Origin: a virus
Lineage: Duplodnaviria; Caudoviricetes
Strand: one strand, 5' to 3'
DNA: 42,278 nucleotides
IMG/VR virus record: IMGVR_UViG_3300034521_000048
Coordinates: 1 to 42,278 of that record
Numbering within the stretch: position 1 is the first letter of the stretch; every line of letters starts with the position of its first letter. A model generated the notes under the pieces. It worked only from the letters and a program-made list of their open reading frames with translations. It was not told the origin of the DNA and did no database searches. Shown here in pieces: positions 35,041 to 42,278 of this stretch. Made by a program: the position numbers and the translations under genes.

Positions 35041-35907
35041 CTACCCCCTGAATCCGGTCGGAATCGCTTTATCTGGCTGAGAAATTTTGTTCGGATCCCT
35101 TTTTCCATCTGGTGCCGCGAAAGACCACGACTCTTCGTAGTGATTTGAGGGGCCAAAAAACGTGGATGCCTGTTTCACATACTCGGTGTTAAGTTTCCCA
35201 GCGGCAGTTACGTAATCCGCGTATCGCCGAACACCATCAGTAAGCTCCTGCACTGTTGCGCCGGATTTAATACGTGCAGTCCAGGCTTTGAACGCATCAG
35301 CCTTGCTGTTACCACCGGCGCGTTTTGGGTATTCCTGCCACGCCAGTTCAAAATCATCCGGGTAAGTATTTCTCCCCCGGGGAATGGCCGAGCCATGCCC
35401 CAAAATATCTTTATCCTGTTCCTGATCCTGTTCCTGATCTTGGCTTCGTAGCCCCTTCGAAGCCCCTTCAGAAATTTGGTGCGATTCACGTTTAAAACTA
35501 AGGTGAAAATCTGTTTTATAACGTTCATAAAATAATGATAAAAAAGGGTTTTCAGGTAACGACATATATTCATTCCTGACACCAGCACAGCGGTTATCCC
35601 CTGGCTTCAGCGATCGACCAACCTGATAAGCGGCCATTTCATGCACCCAAACCATCTCAGTGTCCTCGTCATAGCTACAAAATCCCGCTTCAATGGAGCT
35701 TTTTAGCCCCTTCGAAGCCCCTTCCAAGCCCAGACCCGTTTCATGGGCTATGTACAGAATTGGCAGGTAATACAACCCGAGCATGTTTGCGTGTGGCGAG
35801 GTCATCAGATAGAACGAAACCACCTGCGCCTCCGCGCCTTGTTTCCTCAGTTCACGGCCTGTTTTTCCAAGCCAGAACTGAGGTGCAACGGTTGCGTAAT
35901 CACGCAT
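35041..35907 (-). CDS. Replication initiator protein
   Basis: Between the cII-like and dnaC-like genes; internal direct repeats; FELAWQEYPKR and YVKQASTFF C-domain. Confidence 0.85.
   Translation of the reverse strand: MRDYATVAPQFWLGKTGRELRKQGAEAQVVSFYLMTSPHANMLGLYYLPILYIAHETGLGLEGASKGLKSSIEAGFCSYDEDTEMVWVHEMAAYQVGRSLKPGDNRCAGVRNEYMSLPENPFLSLFYERYKTDFHLSFKRESHQISEGASKGLRSQDQEQDQEQDKDILGHGSAIPRGRNTYPDDFELAWQEYPKRAGGNSKADAFKAWTARIKSGATVQELTDGVRRYADYVTAAGKLNTEYVKQASTFFGPSNHYEESWSFAAPDGKRDPNKISQPDKAIPTGFRG
35450..35730. repeat. Candidate origin iterons, AGCCCCTTCGA-type 11-mers
   Basis: Tandem pair at 35450-35470 and tandem pair plus partial at 35705-35730, bracketing an AT-rich tract at about 35485-35555. 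Confidence 0.65.
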
Positions 35908-36056
35908 AAAAACCTCTTAATCGCTAAAGTGGTGGCCCATCTATCTTTCTGAAGGCTGATTTTTCTGACATAATTTCCTCGCAATGAGTACGCAACGAAT
36001 TGCACCTGAAAGCCGTTGGTGTTCGCGCACCGCGGCTTTCGCCATTTTTGAACCGG

Positions 36057-36596
36057 TCATATAGCCCCCAGCATCATCTGCACCATTTCCATCAGCGGAC
36101 CGGTTAACCCAGGGTCAACGCGATACATCTCCACGATCCCCTCACTCAGCTCTTTCAGCTTCTGATGACGTGGCGCATCCATCGCGACGGCAATCTTCGC
36201 TTCGCTGGTTTCTTTCTCCAGCCGCGCCAGACGAGCCATAACGTTGTCTTCTGGTAGCAGACGGTTGCGGTACTTGAGCGGCAGAACAGCAAGAATTGCC
36301 GGAGTCAGTTGGCGAACGTTTTCGCGGTACCGTTCGCTGTTGAAATGGTTGTCCAGGAAGCGGAAAAGCTTCTGACGCTGTCGGCTGAGGTCATCAGGGA
36401 AAGTGATCTCGTCCCCCCCTCGCGCCTGGTACTCTTCGACGATCAGAGCAGATACGACATCCTGACCATCGACACCCGCCCACGCACGAACGGCATCGCG
36501 GATCTGGTCATGTTTATCTACCGAGACAGGTTGATTGCGATTTATCATCGCAGCCGGTTGATATCCGCTATTTTGATGAAGTGACAGTGACTGCAT
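36057..36596 (-). CDS. CII-like regulator (YdaT family)
   Basis: IRDAVRAWA, RQRQKLFRFLDN and LTPAILAVLP motifs; follows cro. Confidence 0.85.
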   Translation of the reverse strand: MQSLSLHQNSGYQPAAMINRNQPVSVDKHDQIRDAVRAWAGVDGQDVVSALIVEEYQARGGDEITFPDDLSRQRQKLFRFLDNHFNSERYRENVRQLTPAILAVLPLKYRNRLLPEDNVMARLARLEKETSEAKIAVAMDAPRHQKLKELSEGIVEMYRVDPGLTGPLMEMVQMMLGAI

Positions 36597-36598
36597 GG

Positions 36599-36823
36599 TT
36601 ATGCCCTCGTTTCTTGCACTGGTAAGGCATCGGTTGGATTGGGATATAAGTCAGGCCGCAACTCATGCGGGGTGACTCCCGTAAGCTCAAAAACAGAGCG
36701 AATGTGATCGGGCGGAATGCCAGTTTTTTTCCAGTTGGAAATTGTCATTTTTGAAAATCCAAGCGCTCTTCCGAGTGCCGCACCTGTGCCGAACTTTTGA
36801 ATAGCTTTCTCAATACCAGTCAT
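36599..36823 (-). CDS. cro: Cro-like repressor (YdaS family)
   Basis: HTH plus TGVTPHELRPDLYP; divergent from cI. Confidence 0.88.
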   Translation of the reverse strand: MTGIEKAIQKFGTGAALGRALGFSKMTISNWKKTGIPPDHIRSVFELTGVTPHELRPDLYPNPTDALPVQETRA

Positions 36824-36844
36824 AGGACCTCCTTAGATGGAAAA

Positions 36845-36911
36845 AGTAAAGCATCATTTTACCAATGAGTCAATCAATGAATGCCTACCGACTGGTAAAG
36901 CAATCATTTAC
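36845..36911. promoter_or_regulatory. OR region: pR and two 17-bp operators
   Basis: Minus-strand TTGACT-N17-TTTACT (36873 to 36845); GTAAAGCATCATTTTAC at 36846-36862 and GTAAAGCAATCATTTAC at 36895-36911. Confidence 0.75.
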
Positions 36912-36920
36912 ACTAGTGAA

Positions 36921-37304
36921 ATGAGCGAAAACACAATGACTACTGGGCTGATCTCCAGGCTTACAGAACTGAACCGGAAAGGTTTCTCTAAAACAGAGAT
37001 GGCCAGGGTTGCTGGTGTCAGTAAGCAGGCTGTTTCCAGTTGGTTCAAAACAGGAAGAATCAGCAAAAATTCTGCATTAGCGGTTGCTGACGCTGCTGGG
37101 GTATCTGTCCCCTGGCTACTTGGTGAGGATGTTGGAGAGAAGGATGGCCTTAAGCCTGATGAACAGCGCCTGCTAGAGCTCTACCGCCAACTGCCAGAAG
37201 AAGAACAACAGAACATGTTGCGGATCGTATCTCTTCGATTGAAAGAACTCGACGAACTGTACGCCAAGTACATGGGACGGCGGATTAAGGGTGATGCGGA
37301 GTAA
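36921..37304 (+). CDS. cI: CI-like repressor, HTH only, no S24 peptidase domain
   Basis: SKTEMARVAGVSKQAVSSWFKTG HTH; short helical C-terminus DEQRLLELYRQLPEEEQ. Start at 36921 (or 36936). Confidence 0.85.
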   Translation: MSENTMTTGLISRLTELNRKGFSKTEMARVAGVSKQAVSSWFKTGRISKNSALAVADAAGVSVPWLLGEDVGEKDGLKPDEQRLLELYRQLPEEEQQNMLRIVSLRLKELDELYAKYMGRRIKGDAE

Positions 37305-37337
37305 CACTTCTCAGACACACAGGAAGCATGAATAGAA

Positions 37338-37748
37338 ATGGATAGTGAAAAAGAGATATCTGGAAAGATAGCCTTTATGTTTCCGGCTAAGTTCAACCTG
37401 GAAGGCGCTAGAGCACCCACATTGAATTTCACCGTTCGCGATGATGGTGTTATAGCTATGAGTGTCGGCATATCTTTTCTAGAACTGGAAAATACCCTGC
37501 CTTATTTTGTGAGCCTCAAGCTTGCCGACCCAAACTTACAAGATGTACCCATATCCTCCTCTATGGATGCCATCCCTGAAAACTACATTGACCCAGTAAA
37601 GAGATCTTCCTTTCTCACAGCAAGCTTTTATTTTAACCCAACGTTAAATGGAACCTATCGTTTCACCTGTGAACTTCTCAATCCCTATGATAGTGAAAAT
37701 CCCCTTGATAGCATGAGTGTTTTCTTCAATGTTTTGGGGGTGGTGTAA
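37338..37748 (+). CDS. Hypothetical beta-rich protein in the immunity region
   Basis: 136 aa directly after cI with no intervening terminator seen. Confidence 0.7.
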   Translation: MDSEKEISGKIAFMFPAKFNLEGARAPTLNFTVRDDGVIAMSVGISFLELENTLPYFVSLKLADPNLQDVPISSSMDAIPENYIDPVKRSSFLTASFYFNPTLNGTYRFTCELLNPYDSENPLDSMSVFFNVLGVV

Positions 37749-37752
37749 TCCT

Positions 37753-38142
37753 ATGGCAGCTAAAGACTACGTAAGACTCGTAAGCGCTACGTCTCCAGAA
37801 GACTTGGTGGATGGACATGAGGAGGATAATAAGTCATCATTTCATGATGGTAATGGTGGAGGTGGTAACATGCTTGAAGCTAGAGTAGCTAAACTGGAAG
37901 CTGATATTAGCTATATTCGACGTGATGTTGATGAGCTTAGAATAGATGCGAAATCAATTAGCCAAAACATGACTATTGCTCTTGAGAGACTGGAAAGTAT
38001 TAAAGCCTCTCTCGATAAAAAACCTTCAACCGAAACAGTAGATAAAAAAATATCTGACGCAAAACTAGCCGTCTTACTTGGAGTTCCGACCCTCATCGCA
38101 ATAATGACCGGCCTCTACAAACTAGCTCAGCATTATATTTAA
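37753..38142 (+). CDS. Coiled-coil protein with C-terminal TM helix
   Basis: LEARVAKLEADISYIRRDVDEL heptads; C-terminal hydrophobic helix; alternative start at 37870. Confidence 0.72.
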   Translation: MAAKDYVRLVSATSPEDLVDGHEEDNKSSFHDGNGGGGNMLEARVAKLEADISYIRRDVDELRIDAKSISQNMTIALERLESIKASLDKKPSTETVDKKISDAKLAVLLGVPTLIAIMTGLYKLAQHYI

Positions 38143-38166
38143 CCTGGCCACCGCGCTGGGTTTTTA
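38143..38166 (+). terminator. Terminator after the cI-linked gene pair
   Basis: CCTGGC-CACC-GC-GCTGGG-type hairpin followed by TTTTT. Confidence 0.55.
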
Positions 38167-38225
38167 TTTGACCAGATAATTCATAATGTTAAGATGATTC
38201 CGATTGCAATCAATGGATATACATA

Positions 38226-38606
38226 ATGAAAAAAATGGCTCTGGCAGTAGCATTAGCTGTAACCCTCACAGGGTGCGCGTCTTCTGGAAATCAGAAACTT
38301 AAAAGTGAAACTGAAACAAGTGTTCAGTCGAAAATTCATGAAGGGAAAACGACCAAGGTTGAAGTGAAAACCTTGTTTGGCTCTCCTGATGCAGTCTCTT
38401 ATACCGATGGTGGTAATGAGATCTGGAAGTACTCATTTGCCAAAGTTAAAGTGAATGGAACCTCATTCATTCCATTCTATGGCTTGTTCCATAACGGCAC
38501 GAACGGCACTAAGAAAGAACTGACCATTCTATTTAAAGATAATACCGTACAAAAATACACAATGGCGGAATCGGCGATCAATACAAAATCCGGTTGGGCC
38601 GACTAG
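38226..38606 (+). CDS. Lipoprotein, SmpA/OmlA (BamE-like) domain
   Basis: Lipobox LTGC; GKTTKVEVKTLFGSP..EIWKY..LTILFKDNTV pattern. Confidence 0.8.
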   Translation: MKKMALAVALAVTLTGCASSGNQKLKSETETSVQSKIHEGKTTKVEVKTLFGSPDAVSYTDGGNEIWKYSFAKVKVNGTSFIPFYGLFHNGTNGTKKELTILFKDNTVQKYTMAESAINTKSGWAD

Positions 38607-38637
38607 CACCATTTGCCCGGCAAAGAAAGTCGGGCCA

Positions 38638-38844
38638 TTATTGCCCCTTCCTCACGAACTCCGCTGCATCCCGCAATACACCTTTGTGAATCATATTGCC
38701 CACGGTTTTTCGCTTCGCTTCCAGTCGATCGACAATAGCCTCACAGTCAATCACCACACCGTCGATTATCAACTCAACAACCGCCCCACCAATCTCACCA
38801 GCTATGAAAGCTGCGCGATCTTCTTCCAGTTCGTCACGATCCAT
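38638..38844 (-). CDS. Hypothetical protein
   Basis: 68 aa, GAGG RBS, convergent with the lipoprotein gene. Confidence 0.65.
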   Translation of the reverse strand: MDRDELEEDRAAFIAGEIGGAVVELIIDGVVIDCEAIVDRLEAKRKTVGNMIHKGVLRDAAEFVRKGQ

Positions 38845-38926
38845 AACTCACCCTCATTGATGTTTTTTTAATCATATACATTTTAAGCCCACTTTCGCAG
38901 CAATAATCTGCATAAATTTCGCACAG

Positions 38927-38990
38927 GTACAGCATCACTTTACTTTATTAATCCGCATTACTTGACTAAAAAGTAAAGTGGTGTTTTACT
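38927..38990 (+). promoter_or_regulatory. OL region: pL and two 17-bp operators
   Basis: TTGACT(38962)-N17-TTTACT; GTACAGCATCACTTTAC at 38927-38943 and GTAAAGTGGTGTTTTAC at 38973-38989. Confidence 0.75.
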
Positions 38991-39231
38991 CTATTCATCA
39001 ACACAACCACCGAGGCAGGACGCCCACGAAGTAGCCGTCCGGGGCATACGAAGACCGGAATGAGGTGGCGAGATTAACGCGCAGTAGGTTTGAAACGTTC
39101 CGCCAGCCTGGCGACAAGGGCAAAGCACGAGTGAGCTTCGCGGTGGCGAATTGCAGAGTGAAAAAGCTCAACCGTGAAGATCAGCGCCGCGGCGCCACTA
39201 GCGAAGTTCACTCAGAAAACTGGAGAACATC

Positions 39232-39438
39232 ATGGTTCATCAGCACTACGGTACACAGACAGTAAACCGCGGCGCAGTTCAGCCGGGGATGCTCGTCAAA
39301 CACAAAGACTCAACCTGGACGGCATCAGCTAACGCTCGCGGACGTTTGTATCTGCACCGCGGCGTGGAGATGACTTACACCAAGGATTTGCTGGTTGAAG
39401 TTTATCTGAACGGTCTGGGGCATGGACTCAGCCACTAG
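39232..39438 (+). CDS. kilR: KilR-like cell division inhibitor
   Basis: HYGT..V.PG..V.H....TASAN....LY pattern resembles Rac KilR; Rac-like order kilR-ydaE-recE. Confidence 0.72.
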   Translation: MVHQHYGTQTVNRGAVQPGMLVKHKDSTWTASANARGRLYLHRGVEMTYTKDLLVEVYLNGLGHGLSH

Positions 39439-39449
39439 CGGAGGATGTC

Positions 39450-39611
39450 ATGTTAGACAAGAAATGCGGATATTGCGGCAAGCCGGTTAAAACGGAGGAA
39501 GTAATCAAGAGCACCCTTCTCTATCGCAACGGCTCACAGCTGGCGCGCAAAGAAAAAGAGTATTGCTCCAAACGTTGCGCTTCGCACGACCAGATGGCTC
39601 ACGAAGGCTAA
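39450..39611 (+). CDS. ydaE: YdaE family zinc-binding protein
   Basis: MLDKKCGYCGKPV...KEYCSKRCASHDQMAHEG after a GGAGG RBS. Confidence 0.8.
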   Translation: MLDKKCGYCGKPVKTEEVIKSTLLYRNGSQLARKEKEYCSKRCASHDQMAHEG

Positions 39612-39750
39612 CGTAAAACCCGCGCAAGGCGGGATCTACGTCCGGTGGTACCGACCAAAGTTACACCGGAAACAACATTAAAACCAAAGTTAACCCAATG
39701 GGCGCTATCAATGGCCCGGGGATTCTAACACCCAAAAATGAGGATCTCAC

Positions 39751-42278
39751 ATGGAATTTCCATATGTAGTTAAAGCCACGCAAAAGTCGGGAAAGCCTGA
39801 TGCTTTTGTCTGGTTCACTGCAAAAACTGAGGCTCGCGCCAACCTAATGCTGGATGTTGCACTGGAAGATGCAGGCATCGAAACGGGTCGAGGTAAGGAC
39901 TATGCCAAGCCAATTCGCACTGATTTTCCGGTTGTTGATGACCTGCCAAAAGAAGGTGAAGTTGATTTCACCTGGTGTGATCGCTACGAACTTCAGGACG
40001 ATGGGCGCACCTGGCTGCCAAAAGCCGCTGGTGTGTCTACTGGTTCCGTTGACGCCCCCTCCACATCTACTCCGACCGTAATCGTTGAAGACGCGACTGC
40101 GTCCGAAATTGTCCCGGTTGAAAACCGTACTCCAGCGGTCCGCTTTGCCGTCCATCTGATGATTGATAAATACCAGACTCATGTCACTAAAGAGCAGCAG
40201 CTGACTGCCAGCGAAATGTCATTGGATGAAGGCAATACATATCTCCAGAGCCTGCTTGTGGCAAAGAACGATGCACCCGAGACTGCCAAACTCAGCCTGA
40301 ATGCTGAGTGGAAAATGATTCAGGCGGTTAAGGACATTTTCACACCAGACGAAGAGCACGAACCAAGATTGATCGCTGCATTCATGTCTGACTGGGTGAA
40401 CACGGATGCCGGTGACCGCAATCAACTGGTAGAAGACTGGCGCAGTGGTAAGTTGCAGTTGCTCAAAACTGAAACCAGCAGCGGTGCTGACGTTACAACG
40501 GGTCAAGACCTCACAGTTGAGGACGGCATCCAGACTGACGAGAGCGGCCGGGCAGAAGGTGGCGTCGTTGGTGATGAGGTCGGTACCGAAGAGCAATCTC
40601 AGCAGACAGAGCAACCGAACCTGATCGTTGTTGCTACCCTGCCATTCCGTCAGCGCGTACTGGCTCAGTTCATCGGTGATGGTGAATATCTCTATCACAT
40701 CGACGCTGGGCAGAAAAACGAGATTGTCCGCCTTGAGATGGACACTGATGACACGTACATCCAGAACCTGCTGCTGGCTGCTGAGAATGTGGAGGCATTC
40801 AAAAAAGCCATTGAGCACGATATTCATAAAGTCGTGAATGCCGTTAAGAAAGCCTTCCCTGTCGACGGTAAGAAACCGGAGCTGGCAACAGTTATCCAGT
40901 TCCTGACGGTGTGGTTCAAAACTGATTACATTGACCGCGGCCTACTGGTTAAAGAGTGGAGCCAAGGTAATCGTGTAACAACCATTAATCGCACACCTAC
41001 AGGTGCGAACGCCGGTGGCGGTATTGCCTCTGACCGCAAATTCCCGCAAACCATTCTCGGGCTGGAGCATGAAATTGCTCTGGCGTTACGTGCCCGTGAC
41101 CGCGAATTTGATATTTACAACGTCCCGCTGGATATAGAACTACAGGCAAACTCCATCATGAATAAGATGGACGATCCCGAATGGCTGGCGACTCGAGAGA
41201 GATTCGTTTCAATGCCTGGTAGCCTGGACTACTCACGTGCCTGCATTATCGCAACAGTAAAAACCACACCAGAAGGGCTTTATGCTAATCCTGTAAAACA
41301 CCAAGAATATTTGAATAGAGTACTGACGGAAACCGACCACGCCAACCCAGATCCATTGCTCGTTGATATAGCCTGCGGTCGTTCGTCTATGCCTGTACCT
41401 ATGAAACAGGAAAAAGTAACAGCTGAAGAGGTAAACAAAATTCTTGCAGCTTCCCGCGGCGAATATGTTGAGGGGATTAGTGACGCTACAGACCCGAAAT
41501 GGATCACAGAAGACCTCGCATCAACCGCCCAACAAAAAGATGACCGTTCACCACTTAATGAGGAAACCACCAGCAATGTGCAGATGGAAGAAACTGTCAG
41601 TGATGAAGAACAGACTGGTAATGAAGTGCAGTCAGGCGAAAGCAGTCTGGAAACTGGTGAAGAGTCACATACCGGCCAGCAAGCCGATGTGAAACAAAAA
41701 CCAGAAAATGCGCATCAGAATGATGAATCTGCGCATCAAAACGCCCAAAAAGTGAATCAAACCGAGCCAGAAGCGCAATCTGACGAACCGGCTGTTGTGT
41801 ATCCCGCCTACTTCGAGCCAGGCCGCTACGAAGGTCTGCCGAACGAGGTTTATCACGCAGCCAACGGTATCAGCTCTACCCAGGTAAAAGACGCGCGAGT
41901 GTCGCTGATGTACTTCAACGCACGACACGTCGAGAAGACCATCACGAAAGAGCGCTCCCCGGTTCTGGATATGGGCAACCTGGTGCATGCGCTGGCGCTG
42001 CAGCCCGAGCAGCTCGACGAAGAATTCAGCGTTGAACCGGCGATCCCAGAAGGCGCATTTACCACGACGGCAACAATCCGCGCGTTTATCGATGAGTACA
42101 ACGCAGGTCTGCCAGAGCAATTGAGCGCCGACGACATAAAGACATTGCTCGAGGAATACAACGCCACTCTGCCTGCTCAGGTGCCACTGGGTGGGTCCGT
42201 CGAGGAAACTGGCCAGAGCTACATGTCTCTGCCCGAAGAGTACCAGCGGATCGAAGCGGACCAGAAGCAGACCGCAGC
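39751..42278 (+). CDS. recE: RecE exodeoxyribonuclease VIII, partial, runs off window end
   Basis: MEFPYVVKATQKSGK...DYAKPIRTDFPVVDDLP; nuclease-domain start EPGRYEGLPNEVYHAANGISSTQVKD near 41815. Frame open in spot checks. Confidence 0.9.
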   Translation, partial: MEFPYVVKATQKSGKPDAFVWFTAKTEARANLMLDVALEDAGIETGRGKDYAKPIRTDFPVVDDLPKEGEVDFTWCDRYELQDDGRTWLPKAAGVSTGSVDAPSTSTPTVIVEDATASEIVPVENRTPAVRFAVHLMIDKYQTHVTKEQQLTASEMSLDEGNTYLQSLLVAKNDAPETAKLSLNAEWKMIQAVKDIFTPDEEHEPRLIAAFMSDWVNTDAGDRNQLVEDWRSGKLQLLKTETSSGADVTTGQDLTVEDGIQTDESGRAEGGVVGDEVGTEEQSQQTEQPNLIVVATLPFRQRVLAQFIGDGEYLYHIDAGQKNEIVRLEMDTDDTYIQNLLLAAENVEAFKKAIEHDIHKVVNAVKKAFPVDGKKPELATVIQFLTVWFKTDYIDRGLLVKEWSQGNRVTTINRTPTGANAGGGIASDRKFPQTILGLEHEIALALRARDREFDIYNVPLDIELQANSIMNKMDDPEWLATRERFVSMPGSLDYSRACIIATVKTTPEGLYANPVKHQEYLNRVLTETDHANPDPLLVDIACGRSSMPVPMKQEKVTAEEVNKILAASRGEYVEGISDATDPKWITEDLASTAQQKDDRSPLNEETTSNVQMEETVSDEEQTGNEVQSGESSLETGEESHTGQQADVKQKPENAHQNDESAHQNAQKVNQTEPEAQSDEPAVVYPAYFEPGRYEGLPNEVYHAANGISSTQVKDARVSLMYFNARHVEKTITKERSPVLDMGNLVHALALQPEQLDEEFSVEPAIPEGAFTTTATIRAFIDEYNAGLPEQLSADDIKTLLEEYNATLPAQVPLGGSVEETGQSYMSLPEEYQRIEADQKQTA

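Larger units (their letters stand above)
1..42278. mobile_element. Lambdoid prophage (siphovirus type, Rac/Gifsy-like early region); ends outside the window
   Basis: Continuous lambdoid gene order from tail to recE with no host genes. Confidence 0.97.

Noticed and set aside
36057-36823. YdaS/YdaT as a toxin-antitoxin pair
   Set aside because: Position and known function indicate Cro and CII equivalents.
39065-39265. 66-aa Arg-rich ORF as an N antiterminator
   Set aside because: GTG start, overlaps kilR and the leader stem, and no recognisable arginine-rich motif or nut boxA/boxB; not excluded, but unsupported.

Overview
The window is almost entirely a lambdoid siphovirus-type prophage of an enterobacterium. 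The minus strand carries the late operon, which reads Q -> pinholin/SAR endolysin/spanins -> terS/terL -> portal, minor head, scaffold, P22-like coat -> neck/tail tube/chaperones -> tape measure -> M/L/K/I/J -> a tail-tip gene running off the left edge. It also carries the pR operon (cro, cII/YdaT-like, replication initiator, DnaC-like loader, methyltransferases, dinI, ninG, Q). The plus strand holds a short HTH-only repressor, three immunity-region genes and a Rac-like pL operon (kilR, ydaE, recE running off the right edge). No integrase or att site is inside the window. Points of most interest: (1) a Panacea (DUF4065) antitoxin plus unknown putative toxin moron with its own promoter, palindrome and phased repeats, sitting inside the tail operon; (2) a Gifsy-like induction circuit, made of a non-cleavable repressor plus a LexA-boxed dinI/antirepressor-candidate operon that continues into Q; (3) an Rz-to-terS interval with repeated CATTAC...GATAATG hairpins separating cargo genes and relics of other phages' spanins and terS; (4) an in-frame amber stop in the frameshift-dependent tail chaperone and a frameshifted methyltransferase, which suggest decay; (5) a C5 methyltransferase with seven tandem TRD-like repeats. 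All family assignments come from recognising motifs and gene order by eye; no database searches were run.
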